Assembly (NCBI GenBank): GCA_964593005.1
Contig: CAZQGT010000002.1
Location: 13,324-77,323, forward strand
Origin: an uncultured Planctomycetales bacterium
GTDB lineage: Bacteria > Omnitrophota > Gorgyraeia > Gygaellales > Profunditerraquicolaceae
Direction: 5' to 3'
Length of the DNA: 64,000 bases
In this document: one piece after another, positions 38,006-48,026 of the stretch
How positions within the stretch are numbered: position 1 is the first letter of the stretch
How the letters are laid out: each line of letters starts with the position of its first letter
Program-made: the position numbers and the translations under genes
The notes under the pieces: generated by a model
What the model was told of the DNA's origin: nothing
Seen by the model: the letters and a program-made list of their open reading frames with translations, nothing else
The model's database searches: none

Positions 38006-38443
38006 ATGATCGAAGGAGTTTTTATAGAAAAATTACTAAAATTAGAAGATAGCCGTGGTAAGGTCATGCGAATGCTACGATGCGATTCTCCCATTTTTAC
38101 TACTTTTGGGGAAGTGTATTTTTCCGGCATAAATAACGGTATTGTAAAAGCCTGGAGAAAGCATTTGAAGATGACGCAGTTTTTTGCGGTTCCGGTGGGC
38201 TTGATCAACTTGGTTATATATGATGATAGAGAAAAATCTTCGACTAAAGGTAATGTTTGGGAAATGGAATTAGGAGAAGAAAATTATTGTTTAGTAAAAA
38301 TCCCCCCTTTGCTATGGTATGGGTTTAAAGGAATATCCAGTACTCCGGCCCTTATCGCAAACTGCCCCGATATTCCTCATGATCCGGATGAAATTAGAAG
38401 GTTGGATTCAACGGATCCGTCAATTCCTTATATTTGGAAATAG
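38006..38443 (+). CDS. RmlC-like cupin sugar epimerase/ketoisomerase (FdtA/WxcM-N-like, 145 aa)
   Basis: FGEVYFSGINNGIVKAWRKHLKMTQFFAVPVG is RmlC-like. Its size fits the short 3,4-ketoisomerase/3,5-epimerase class. Confidence 0.5.
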   Translation: MIEGVFIEKLLKLEDSRGKVMRMLRCDSPIFTTFGEVYFSGINNGIVKAWRKHLKMTQFFAVPVGLINLVIYDDREKSSTKGNVWEMELGEENYCLVKIPPLLWYGFKGISSTPALIANCPDIPHDPDEIRRLDSTDPSIPYIWK

Positions 38444-38447
38444 CCTG

Positions 38448-39404
38448 ATGAATAACGCTAACATTAATAATCCTTTGGTGAGTATTATTATGAATTGCAG
38501 GAATGGCGAAAAGTATTTGCGGGAGGCCATTGATAGCATCTTTGCCCAGAGCTATACCAACTGGGAGATAATTTTCTGGGACAACGCATCTGATGACGGA
38601 ACTCCTGTTATTGCTAAAAGCTATGGCGCGAAATTGCGTTATTTTAAAAGTGCCCAGCCTTTGACGCTTGGGAAAGCCCGGAATATGGCTATTTCCTGTG
38701 CAAGCGGAAAGTACCTTGCTTTCTTGGATTGTGACGACAAGTGGTTTCCGGAAAAGTTAAAAAAACAAGTAGATATTTTAGAGAGTAAAAATGATATTGA
38801 TTTTGTTTACGCTAACTATTTTAGATTAATTATGCCTAAAGATAACCGCCTGATATTGGCCTTAAGGGGCCGGCAGCCCGAAGGGGATGTTTTCGGGCGT
38901 TTTTTCTATAATTACCCGGTTAATTTGCAAACAGTAATGTTAAGGATGGATGCGGTTAATAAGCTGGTTTTAAAATTTGATGATCAGTTTGAAGTATCAG
39001 AAGAATTTGATCTTTTTATGAGGCTTCTTTTTAAATCCAAGGCATTGTATATTGATGAGCCGTTGGCTATTTATCGTATTCACGAGGATATGAGTAGCAA
39101 TAAACTTTTGTATAGATATCCACTTGAGGCAAAAGATATATTGGGTAAGCTTAAAAATATGGATAGCTCGGTTTTACAAAAATATGCTATGCAAATTAAG
39201 TATTTTGAGGCTAAGCTAGGATATTGGCATGCAAGAATTGAAATGGAGCGAAATAATCCCGCCGCCGCAAGATTAAGGCTGATACCTTATAAATTTAAGG
39301 ATATAAAATTCTTTATCCTGTATCTTTTTACATATTTTCCTTGCGAATTTTGGAAATGGGTGCATCATATAAAAACAGAAAATAGCCTTCGTTGGCTGCG
39401 ATAG
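38448..39404 (+). CDS. GT2 glycosyltransferase
   Basis: Start moved to the ATG at 38448, just after the upstream stop. VSIIMNCRNGEKYLREAIDSIFAQSY; IIFWDNASDDGT (D-x-D). Confidence 0.65.
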   Translation: MNNANINNPLVSIIMNCRNGEKYLREAIDSIFAQSYTNWEIIFWDNASDDGTPVIAKSYGAKLRYFKSAQPLTLGKARNMAISCASGKYLAFLDCDDKWFPEKLKKQVDILESKNDIDFVYANYFRLIMPKDNRLILALRGRQPEGDVFGRFFYNYPVNLQTVMLRMDAVNKLVLKFDDQFEVSEEFDLFMRLLFKSKALYIDEPLAIYRIHEDMSSNKLLYRYPLEAKDILGKLKNMDSSVLQKYAMQIKYFEAKLGYWHARIEMERNNPAAARLRLIPYKFKDIKFFILYLFTYFPCEFWKWVHHIKTENSLRWLR

Positions 39405-39414
39405 TTTTATCCTT

Positions 39415-40545
39415 ATGTCTAAAAAACGAGTCATTCTAGTAGGGAATATATCCTGGTATATGTATAATTTCCGTAAAAATCTTATGCGTCGGCTGCAGGA
39501 GGATGGTTTTGAGGTTTATGTATGCTGCGGAGAGGATGAATATACTGCTAAGATAGCTTCCGAAGGGAACAATTTCCTGCCTATGGCATTTGAAAGAAAA
39601 GGGGCAAATCTTTTAAAGGACTTAACGCAGTTTTTCTTGCTTTACCGGATTTATAAAAAACTCCGTCCGGATATTGTTTTTCATTTTACCATTAAACCTA
39701 ATATTTATGGCTCCTGGGCAGCTTATCTGGCGGGCGTCCCGTTTATTAATACGGTATCGGGTTTAGGTTATGTTTTTTTACAAGATAACTTGTTTTGCCG
39801 GATAGTCCGCCTGATGTATAAAGTAAGCTGTAGTTTAGCACATAAAGTCTTTTTTCAGAATGCAGACGATTTAACCCTTTTTCGTAAAGGCAACTTGTTT
39901 AAAGATCCTAGGCTTGAGTTGGTTTGTGGCTCGGGGGTGGATACTGATTATTTTAAACCTATTTCAACTGATATCCCTAAGGTTGAAAAAACCGGGTTTA
40001 GGTTTTTATTTTCAGGCAGGCTGCTTTTTGATAAAGGTGTAGGTGAATATATAGAAGCGGCTGAAGAGGTTAAGAAGGTATATCCGGAAACTGTTTTTCA
40101 GGTTTTAGGCCCGGTTGATAGTGGTAATCCGGCCGGAATTAGCGCTGAACTTATTGAACAATGGGTCAAGAAGGGGGTTATTACCTATAGCGGGTTTACT
40201 GATGATGTCAGGCCGTATTTAGCCGCTGCCGATTGTATAGTTTTGCCGTCTTATCGAGAGGGGACGCCAAAATCGCTTCTTGAGGCTATGGCTATGGCTA
40301 AACCAATCATTGCAACTGAGGCGGTTGGCTGTAGAGAAGTTATTGAAAATGAAATTAATGGCTTGGCGATTAAGATAAAAAATGTACAATCACTTCGAGA
40401 CGCTATGCTGAAGATGATCTCTTTTTCAGATGAAAGGCGTAAGATGTTGGGTAGCAGCGGTAGAAAAAAGGTCTTAGAAAAATTTACTGATACAGAAATT
40501 ATGAAAAAATATTCCGATACTGTTAAACAGTTCATAAAGGATTAG
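39415..40545 (+). CDS. Glycosyltransferase, GT4 family
   Basis: REGTPKSLLEAMAMAKPIIATEAVGCREVIENEINGL is the canonical GT4 C-terminal motif. Confidence 0.7.
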   Translation: MSKKRVILVGNISWYMYNFRKNLMRRLQEDGFEVYVCCGEDEYTAKIASEGNNFLPMAFERKGANLLKDLTQFFLLYRIYKKLRPDIVFHFTIKPNIYGSWAAYLAGVPFINTVSGLGYVFLQDNLFCRIVRLMYKVSCSLAHKVFFQNADDLTLFRKGNLFKDPRLELVCGSGVDTDYFKPISTDIPKVEKTGFRFLFSGRLLFDKGVGEYIEAAEEVKKVYPETVFQVLGPVDSGNPAGISAELIEQWVKKGVITYSGFTDDVRPYLAAADCIVLPSYREGTPKSLLEAMAMAKPIIATEAVGCREVIENEINGLAIKIKNVQSLRDAMLKMISFSDERRKMLGSSGRKKVLEKFTDTEIMKKYSDTVKQFIKD

Positions 40546-40546
40546 T

Positions 40547-41554
40547 ATGGCGGACTATTTGAAAACAGTTGCTAAGCGTAAGATTTTGGTTACAGGCGCA
40601 ACCGGATTTATCGGGCGCAAACTCTGCCTTTCTTTAAAAGAAAAAGGTTATATTATCCGAGCAGCTGTGCGCGGTAAAGTGCGGGATGTTTCGGGCTCTG
40701 AAGAGTATGTTGAAGTGGGGGATATAGATGAATTAACGGATTGGCAACAGGCCTTAACCGGTGTAGATACAGTTATTCATTTAGCAGCGCGAGCCCATAT
40801 CCTAAATGATCTAGCGGCTAGCCCAAGCGATATTTTTCGTAAAATTAATGCGCTTGGAACTGAGCGCCTGGCAAAAATGGCTGCTGAGGCAGGGGTAAGA
40901 AGATTTATTTTTATCAGTTCTGTTAAGGTTAACGGAGAGGGTTCTGTTTTAGCCTATACAGAAAAAGATATCCCTGCGCCTCAAGATGCTTATGGCTCTA
41001 GTAAGCAGGAAGCTGAAGGGTTATTGGCTTCTCTAGCTGCTCAAACTAAACTCGAAGTAATAATTTTAAGGCTTCCTTTAGTTTATGGTCCGGGAGTGAA
41101 GGCTAATTTTAAAAATTTGATTAAAATTATTGGTTCCGGTATACCGTTACCATTTAAACGTATTAATAATCGGCGCAGCTTTATTTATTTGGGCAATTTA
41201 GTAGATGCTATTATTATTTGTATTACTCATCCGTTGGCTGCGGGGCAGACTTTTATGCTTAGCGATGGGCGAGATGTATCTACTTCAGATTTAATAAAGA
41301 TGATTGCTTCTGCGATGCATAAGAGGGTGGTTTTGTTTTTTTTACATCCTGATATTTTAAGGGTTCTGGGCAAAATTTTAGTGAGGGCAGAAGAGATGGA
41401 AAAGTTAACAGGTTCTCTTTTTGTTGATAGCGGCAAAATTAGGAAGCTTCTCGATTGGAAGCCGCCTTTTACCATGGAAGAAGGGATTAGGGAGACGTTT
41501 AAGGGAGTTGAGATTGCTTCTCCCGCCGCTGATTCAATGGCGGGCTCGCAATGA
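40547..41554 (+). CDS. NAD-dependent sugar epimerase/reductase (extended SDR)
   Basis: KILVTGATGFIGRKLCLSL glycine motif. YGSSK catalytic YxxxK. Positioned before the initiating transferase, as the 4-reductases and 4-epimerases are in many O-antigen loci. Confidence 0.6.
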   Translation: MADYLKTVAKRKILVTGATGFIGRKLCLSLKEKGYIIRAAVRGKVRDVSGSEEYVEVGDIDELTDWQQALTGVDTVIHLAARAHILNDLAASPSDIFRKINALGTERLAKMAAEAGVRRFIFISSVKVNGEGSVLAYTEKDIPAPQDAYGSSKQEAEGLLASLAAQTKLEVIILRLPLVYGPGVKANFKNLIKIIGSGIPLPFKRINNRRSFIYLGNLVDAIIICITHPLAAGQTFMLSDGRDVSTSDLIKMIASAMHKRVVLFFLHPDILRVLGKILVRAEEMEKLTGSLFVDSGKIRKLLDWKPPFTMEEGIRETFKGVEIASPAADSMAGSQ

Positions 41555-41560
41555 GGAAAG

Positions 41561-42124
41561 ATGGTAAAACGGATTTTTGATTTTATTTTAGCCTTTATTC
41601 TAATAATCATGCTCGGCATTCCGATGCTGATTATCGTTGCATTAATTAAGCTATTCTCCAGGGGCCCGGTTATTTTTTGGACAGACCGCGTTGGCGTAAA
41701 TAACCATATTTTTAAGATGGCCAAATTTAGGACTATGAAATTGAATACGCCTCAGATAGCAACTCACTTAATGAGAAATCCCAAAGACTATTTGATTCCT
41801 TGCGGAGAATTCTTACGTAAATATAGCTTTGATGAATTGCCGCAGTTATTTAATATTTTAAAAGGCCAAATGAGTTTTGTCGGGCCTCGTCCGGCATTAT
41901 TTAATCAAGATGACCTGGTAGAGTTACGGACCAAAAGAAATATCCATACCCTAATTCCGGGAATTACCGGTTGGGCGCAGGTAAACGGAAGGGATGATCT
42001 GCCGATTCCGGTAAAAGTCTCTTTCGATGAGTATTATTTCAATCACCGTTCTTTTGTTTTTGACCTCTATATCATCTTTTTGACCGGTATAAAGGTTATG
42101 AAAAAAGAAGGCGTCCAGCATTAA
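41561..42124 (+). CDS. Polyprenyl-phosphate sugar-phosphate transferase, small PglC/WbaP-C-terminal type (initiating transferase)
   Basis: One N-terminal TM helix. DELPQLFNILKGQMSFVGPRP is the bacterial sugar transferase signature. 187 aa. Confidence 0.75.
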   Translation: MVKRIFDFILAFILIIMLGIPMLIIVALIKLFSRGPVIFWTDRVGVNNHIFKMAKFRTMKLNTPQIATHLMRNPKDYLIPCGEFLRKYSFDELPQLFNILKGQMSFVGPRPALFNQDDLVELRTKRNIHTLIPGITGWAQVNGRDDLPIPVKVSFDEYYFNHRSFVFDLYIIFLTGIKVMKKEGVQH

Positions 42125-42153
42125 AATTAACTCAAAAAAATAGCACTAACCCA

Positions 42154-42181
42154 TTGATAAAACTACATTTTGGTATATAAT
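42154..42181 (+). promoter_or_regulatory. Near-consensus sigma70-type promoter (TTGATA-N16-TATAAT)
   Basis: TTGATA at 42154-59 and TATAAT at 42176-81. The ATG at 42190 is only about 9 nt downstream of the -10 element. Confidence 0.35.
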
Positions 42182-42189
42182 AATAAACC

Positions 42190-44013
42190 ATGAATATAAA
42201 ATCTTTAGTTTATAAATTTCGTCATTTAATCATTTTTGCTATTCATTTAGTTTTGGCAGGTAGTGCCTATATACTTGCTTTTTATCTGGGGTTTGATTTT
42301 AAGATCGATAACTTGCATTGGCAAGTTATTATTAAGACCCTTCCCGTTATTATCTGCATAAAGATGGTTATTTTCGGATTTTTCGGCCTTTATTCCGGTT
42401 TATGGCGGTATGTCAGCGTTAATGATATCTGGAGAATTATTAAAGCACATGTTTTAGCTATGTTTTGCTTTATTTTTGCGGTTGCTTTTTTCTTTTCCTT
42501 TAATGGTTTCCCGCTTTCAATCTTTTTTTTAGATTTCATCTTAAGTATTTGTTTAGTGGCCGGAATTCGTTTTGCCACCCGCCTGTTTAGGGAGGCATTT
42601 CGCCCGGCTTTAGGAAGTAAGCGTAAGAGGGTAATAATTATCGGGGCAGGAGAAGCCGGCGTAATGGTTTTAAGGGAGGCACGGGTTAATCCTAAAGCCA
42701 ATATAGAAGTAGTAGGTTTTATTGATGATGATAGCCATAAAAAAAATCTGCGTATTCAAGGGGTGGATATTTTAGGCACTTGTGATGATTTAATTTCGAT
42801 TATTGAAAAACACGGAATTGATGAGATCATTATCGCTATTCCCTCGGCGAAGGGTGAGGTGATTAGGAGTATTATTTCGCGCTGTTCAACGCTTTCTGTA
42901 AAGATCCGTATAGTCCCGGGACTGCAGAAGATTTTGAATGGTGAATTAGAGGTTAAGCCCAGGGATATTAAGGCTGAAGACCTCCTGGGCCGCGAGACGG
43001 TAAATATAAATGAGATAGAAATCAAAGATTACTTATTTAATAAGACAGTTTTAATTACCGGGGCCGGCGGCTCAATCGGTTCGGCACTTTGCAGGCAGAT
43101 AGTCAGATTTATCCCTAAAGAGGTTTTGTTGTTTGATCATAATGAGAATGATGTTTATTTTTTAGGAATTGAATTCCTGACAAAATATCCGCAGATTAAG
43201 TTTAAAACTATAATCGGAGATATAAAAGATATAGGCCTATTAAAGAGCGTATTTTCGCTATACCGGCCTGAAGTTATATTTCATGCGGCTGCTCATAAAC
43301 ACGTTCCGCTTATGGAAGAGAATCCTGTTGCGGCGGTAAAGAACAATATTTTCGGAAGCCGAAATCTTATTTATGCCGCTAATCACTATAGAGCTGAAAG
43401 ATTTATTCTTATTTCTACGGATAAGGCGGTAAACCCGACAAGTATAATGGGTATTACCAAAAGGATTGCGGAGATGATTTTGCAAGCAAAGGCTAAGATG
43501 AGTAAGACCCGGTTTATGGCGGTCAGGTTTGGCAATGTTCTGGGTTCTGACGGAAGCGTGGTTCCGCTATTTAAAAAACAGATTGAGGGAGGCGGGCCCG
43601 TAACGATAACTCATCCGGAAGTTAAAAGGTATTTTATGAGTGTTAATGAGGCAAGCCAGCTTGTCCTGCAGGCAGGCGCTATTGGCAAGGCAGGGGAGAT
43701 ATTTATTTTAGATATGGGAGAACAGATTAAAATACTGGATTTGGCCAAAGAGCTCATCGCTCTTTATGGGCTTAAGTCTGATGAAGATATAAAAATTGAA
43801 TTTATCGGCCTGCGTCCGGGTGAGAAACTTTTTGAGGAAACATTGCTAAATAGCGAAAAAGATAAAGCAACTAAAGCAGAGAAGATTTATATCAGCCAAG
43901 CCGGGCTTTTCGATAGTGTTTTTTTGAGAAGACAGATAAAAGAGCTCGCAAAGTGTGTTAATTTGATGGATGAGAAAAAAATTATCAATAAGATAAATGA
44001 GATTGTCGGATAA
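42190..44013 (+). CDS. Membrane-anchored UDP-sugar 4,6-dehydratase (PglF/WbpM/CapD family)
   Basis: About four N-terminal TM helices. Two Rossmann motifs (IIIGAGEAG; VLITGAGGSIGSALCRQI). 607 aa. Confidence 0.75.
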   Translation: MNIKSLVYKFRHLIIFAIHLVLAGSAYILAFYLGFDFKIDNLHWQVIIKTLPVIICIKMVIFGFFGLYSGLWRYVSVNDIWRIIKAHVLAMFCFIFAVAFFFSFNGFPLSIFFLDFILSICLVAGIRFATRLFREAFRPALGSKRKRVIIIGAGEAGVMVLREARVNPKANIEVVGFIDDDSHKKNLRIQGVDILGTCDDLISIIEKHGIDEIIIAIPSAKGEVIRSIISRCSTLSVKIRIVPGLQKILNGELEVKPRDIKAEDLLGRETVNINEIEIKDYLFNKTVLITGAGGSIGSALCRQIVRFIPKEVLLFDHNENDVYFLGIEFLTKYPQIKFKTIIGDIKDIGLLKSVFSLYRPEVIFHAAAHKHVPLMEENPVAAVKNNIFGSRNLIYAANHYRAERFILISTDKAVNPTSIMGITKRIAEMILQAKAKMSKTRFMAVRFGNVLGSDGSVVPLFKKQIEGGGPVTITHPEVKRYFMSVNEASQLVLQAGAIGKAGEIFILDMGEQIKILDLAKELIALYGLKSDEDIKIEFIGLRPGEKLFEETLLNSEKDKATKAEKIYISQAGLFDSVFLRRQIKELAKCVNLMDEKKIINKINEIVG

Positions 44014-44018
44014 TAATC

Positions 44019-45308
44019 ATGTTGAATAAGGATAAGATTTTTTTATATTCTGACCGGGCAATAGTTACCTGTTTATGCCTGTTAATCTTTTGCTTGCCGT
44101 TTGCAAAAGCAGGAGTAGAGGCTTTTGCTTTTATTGCCATTTTTTTGTGGATATGTAAAAGGGCTGTTGGGTATAGATCGAAAGCATTATGGGGGTTATT
44201 TCCTGATACAGGGTTAAACAGGGCTTTATTGATATATACTATTGCTAATGCCGTATCGGTAATTTTTAGCGCGAGACAGGATTTATTTTTACGGGGCTTT
44301 TTTGGCAAAGAGTTAAAATTTTTGCTTATATATTTTATGCTAGTTGAAGTAGTCAGTAATAAAAAACGATTGTCTTGTGTTTTAATTGCTGTAATTGCTT
44401 CAGCAGCTTTGATTATTGCTGATGCGGGCGTGCAATATTATACCCAATTTGATTTTTTAAGAGGATATGGAATTCTTTATCATAGTTTTAGCGCCTCATT
44501 TGATACTGCAAGCGGTTTTTCTGCCTGGCTAATCGTAATGATTCCTATATTTTTAGGGCTAATAGCTCTAAATTTATTCCGGAGTTGGAAAATAAAAATT
44601 TTATTATGGCTGGCAGTTATTATCCAATGCATCTATTTGCTAAAGACCTTTACGCGGGGCGCTTGGATCGGGTGTTTGATTGCGGTGCTATTTATGGCGT
44701 TCTATTTTATAAAAAAATACACTTTTAGAGTTAAAATTTTATGCTTAACTACTAGCGCTTGCTTATTAATGGTAGTTTTATATTTTCCGAATTTTTTAGA
44801 ACCACAGCTCAAATATGACATTCTAACTAAACTTAAATTCGATCAAGGTATAAATAGCCGTATAAAATCCATATCGCAGATAACCCATGGGCCGAACTTA
44901 GAAAGAATCAGGCTTTGGAAAGAGTCTTTTAGGATGATCAAAGATTATCCTTTGACGGGCTGCGGGTTGAATAACTATTCAGTAGTCGGCAGAAATTACA
45001 AAAGTTTTGACTACGGCGGAACCTATCCCCATAATTCTTACCTTCAGAAAACCGCTGAGATTGGCATATTTGGGCTGCTTGCTTTTCTTTTTGTTTTATT
45101 CAGTTTTTTTAAAATCGGGATATTGCATTTAAGTAAGCATAAGAATTATTTAGTTCTGGGCCTCTTAGCGGGTATTTTAGCATTTTTAGTGCAGGCTTTT
45201 TTTGATACTCACTTTTATACCCTGCAGTTGGTGGTTTTATTTTGGTATATGGTGGGTTTGACGGTTGCCGTAATTAATCTAGAGTTAAAAGATGGCCGAA
45301 TATATTAA
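44019..45308 (+). CDS. O-antigen ligase/polymerase-family membrane protein (Wzy_C domain)
   Basis: Polytopic. YPHNSYLQKTAEIGIFGLLAFLF matches the O-antigen ligase conserved loop plus helix. Confidence 0.55.
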   Translation: MLNKDKIFLYSDRAIVTCLCLLIFCLPFAKAGVEAFAFIAIFLWICKRAVGYRSKALWGLFPDTGLNRALLIYTIANAVSVIFSARQDLFLRGFFGKELKFLLIYFMLVEVVSNKKRLSCVLIAVIASAALIIADAGVQYYTQFDFLRGYGILYHSFSASFDTASGFSAWLIVMIPIFLGLIALNLFRSWKIKILLWLAVIIQCIYLLKTFTRGAWIGCLIAVLFMAFYFIKKYTFRVKILCLTTSACLLMVVLYFPNFLEPQLKYDILTKLKFDQGINSRIKSISQITHGPNLERIRLWKESFRMIKDYPLTGCGLNNYSVVGRNYKSFDYGGTYPHNSYLQKTAEIGIFGLLAFLFVLFSFFKIGILHLSKHKNYLVLGLLAGILAFLVQAFFDTHFYTLQLVVLFWYMVGLTVAVINLELKDGRIY

Positions 45309-45320
45309 ATAGGAGAATCT

Positions 45321-46529
45321 ATGGAAAAATTAAAGAAAAAATTTACTCATGATATTGTTATTGTGGGGGGTCTGGGGCATGTGGGCCTGCCTTTAGGCAT
45401 AATGTTTGCTTCGCAAGGAATGAAAGTAATACTTTATGATGTTAATCAAAAAGCGGCTCAAACAGTTCTAAGCGGAAAAATGCCTTTTATTGAATATGAT
45501 GCCCAGCCATTATTGAAGAAGGCTTTAGCTAAGCGAAATTTAACTGTTCAAATGCATCCTAGTTGCCTTACTCGGTCCAGGGTAGTGATAGTGGCGGTTG
45601 GTACGCCTGTTGATGAGTATCTCAATCCAAAGGTTAAGCATTTTTTAAGTGTTTTTGGCGGGTTAAAGGGATTTTTAAATAAAGATCAACTAATTGTTGT
45701 CAGGAGTACGGTATATCCGCATACCTGTGAACAGTTAAGCCATCTGCTTGGAGGAAAGGGGTGGAAAATTGCTTATTGTCCGGAAAGAATTGTTCAGGGC
45801 TATGCTATCAGGGAATTGCGGGAATTGCCTCAGATAGTAGCGGGTATGACTAAAAACGCGGAGGATGAGGCGGCTCTGCTTTTTGATAAAATCGCTTCTA
45901 AAATAATCAGGGCATCAATTAGTGAGGCTGAGCTGGCTAAATTATTCTCGAATGCCTGGCGATACATACAATTTGCCGTGACTAATCAGTTTTATATGAT
46001 GGCTAATAATTTTGATGTAGATTATAATGCGCTTCGTCAAACAATGATGGAGGGTTATGGGCGCCTGGCTACTTTGCCTACTGCTGGCTTTGCCGCCGGT
46101 CCTTGCCTCTTAAAAGATACGATGCAACTTGCGGCTTTTAGTAGTAATAATTTTATTTTAGGCCATTCCGCTATGATGATTAATGAAGGCTTACCCAATT
46201 TTTTGGTAAATAAACTAAGGGAAAAACGCGATCTAAGTAAGACCAAAGTTGGGATTTTAGGAATGTCTTTTAAGGCTGATAACGATGATACCAGGGACTC
46301 GCTTTCGTATAAACTAGGCAAAATTTTAAGATTTCACAGGGCGCAGGTTTATTACACTGACGAATTCGTAAAAAATCCTGATTTTGTTCCCAAGGAAAAA
46401 TTATTAAAATGCTGCGATGTAATTATAGTCGGTGTTCCTCACAGCGCGTATAAAGGATTAGTGATTCCTAAAAAAATTGAAGTTATTGATTTATGGGGAG
46501 CGATAAAAAAAAGCGGTGAAAATAAGTAA
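45321..46529 (+). CDS. NDP-sugar dehydrogenase (UDP-glucose / UDP-ManNAc dehydrogenase family)
   Basis: IVIVGGLGHVGLPLG N-terminal Rossmann. Catalytic Cys context GFAAGPCLLKD. About 400 aa. Confidence 0.7.
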   Translation: MEKLKKKFTHDIVIVGGLGHVGLPLGIMFASQGMKVILYDVNQKAAQTVLSGKMPFIEYDAQPLLKKALAKRNLTVQMHPSCLTRSRVVIVAVGTPVDEYLNPKVKHFLSVFGGLKGFLNKDQLIVVRSTVYPHTCEQLSHLLGGKGWKIAYCPERIVQGYAIRELRELPQIVAGMTKNAEDEAALLFDKIASKIIRASISEAELAKLFSNAWRYIQFAVTNQFYMMANNFDVDYNALRQTMMEGYGRLATLPTAGFAAGPCLLKDTMQLAAFSSNNFILGHSAMMINEGLPNFLVNKLREKRDLSKTKVGILGMSFKADNDDTRDSLSYKLGKILRFHRAQVYYTDEFVKNPDFVPKEKLLKCCDVIIVGVPHSAYKGLVIPKKIEVIDLWGAIKKSGENK

Positions 46530-47280
46530 ATATAAAAAAATACTTCTAACAGGCGCTTCGGGCCAGTTAGGCCAGGAAATCTTAAAAGCCGGAGCTTCTT
46601 TTCATTTTCTGACTCCGGAAATGGATGTTTTTGACCTAACAAAACCGCTGCTGCTGGAGAATTATTTTAAACAGCATGAATTTGATGCCGTTATTCATTG
46701 CGCGGCACTTGCGCGTATGAGTGAGTGCCAAAAGGATCCTTCGGGCGCTATCAACGCTAATATAGTTGGGACGAGCAACTTAGTAAATGCGCTGCTGGAT
46801 AAGGAAAATGAATTGAAGTCTAAAATCAGGTTGATACATATTTCTACCGATGGCGTATATCCCGGGATAAAAGGCAACTATAAAGAGGAAGATGGGGCTG
46901 TTCCCTATAATAATTATGGCTGGACGAAATTGGGCGCTGAGTGTGCGGTGCATCTGCTTTCAGACTTCTGTATAATACGCACTAGTTTCTTTAATCCGAA
47001 GAATATTCGATTTGATTCTTCTGCTACGGATTTATATTCATCCAAAGTCAGCATTAATTATTTGGCTAAAGCAATATTAGCGATGCTTGATGACGGGTTT
47101 ATCGGAGTGATAAATATCGGAGGCAAGAGAGAGTCTGATTACCGAAGATATAAAAAATTTAAATCTTTGCTAAAGCCCTGTAAAGGCGCAGATATTGCAA
47201 AAGAAATAAATTTTAGAATCGCAAAAGATGCTTCTCTAAATTCAAGGAAGTGGGGAAAGCTTAAGAAAAGTATATTCTAA
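46516..47280 (+). CDS. RmlD-like NDP-4-keto-sugar reductase (SDR)
   Basis: KILLTGASGQLGQEI matches the RmlD N-terminal signature. Confidence 0.45.
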   Translation: MKISKYKKILLTGASGQLGQEILKAGASFHFLTPEMDVFDLTKPLLLENYFKQHEFDAVIHCAALARMSECQKDPSGAINANIVGTSNLVNALLDKENELKSKIRLIHISTDGVYPGIKGNYKEEDGAVPYNNYGWTKLGAECAVHLLSDFCIIRTSFFNPKNIRFDSSATDLYSSKVSINYLAKAILAMLDDGFIGVINIGGKRESDYRRYKKFKSLLKPCKGADIAKEINFRIAKDASLNSRKWGKLKKSIF

Positions 47281-47289
47281 GGATAAATA

Positions 47290-48024
47290 ATGAAAGAGCT
47301 GGATATTGTTATACCTGTTTACAACGAAGGCGAAAATATTTCCGCTGTTTTGAATTCCTTAGAAAAGAATATTACTGTGCCTTTCCGGGTATTAATTTGT
47401 TATGATTGCGATACTGATAACACTTTACCGGTAGTTAGGAGTATTGCCGGGGATTTATCTTTTGAGATAAAGCTTATAAAAAATCAAGGAAGCGGAGCGC
47501 ATAATGCGGTTATTACAGGGTTTAATGCCAGTGATGCACTTGCGGTTTTAGTCTTTCCCGCTGATGATACAAAGAATGCTAAAATAATTGATAGTATGTA
47601 TGATAAATTCAAGGAAGGTTACGATATTGTTGCAGCCAGTCGTTTCATGAAAGGCGGATGTATGAAGGGCTGCCCGTGGTTAAAATCATTTTTAGTGCGC
47701 TGTGCTTCATTTACGCTTTATTGGTTAGCAAGTATTCCGGTAAAAGATGCTAGTAATGGCTTTAGGCTGTTTTCTAAAAGGCTCATTAATGCAGTTATGA
47801 TTGAGTCCAGCCACGGTTTTACTTATTCTTTGGAGCTGTTAGTAAAATGCCGCCGCCTGCGTTGGAAAATTACTGAAATTCCGTCTGTTTGGTATGAGCG
47901 CGACAAGGGGCAGAGCCATTTTCATTTATTTAGATGGTTACCGGGTTATTTATATTGGTATTTTTATGGATATGAGACTAAATATCTCAAAAAAACGCCT
48001 GAGGATGTTAAACTTAAATCTTAA
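47290..48024 (+). CDS. GT2 glycosyltransferase, DPM1/GtrB-like polyprenyl-phosphate sugar synthase type
   Basis: LDIVIPVYNEGENI. C-terminal ITEIPSVWYERDKGQSHF is the DPM1-like E.P...R..G.S. region. Confidence 0.6.
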   Translation: MKELDIVIPVYNEGENISAVLNSLEKNITVPFRVLICYDCDTDNTLPVVRSIAGDLSFEIKLIKNQGSGAHNAVITGFNASDALAVLVFPADDTKNAKIIDSMYDKFKEGYDIVAASRFMKGGCMKGCPWLKSFLVRCASFTLYWLASIPVKDASNGFRLFSKRLINAVMIESSHGFTYSLELLVKCRRLRWKITEIPSVWYERDKGQSHFHLFRWLPGYLYWYFYGYETKYLKKTPEDVKLKS

Positions 48025-48026
48025 TT

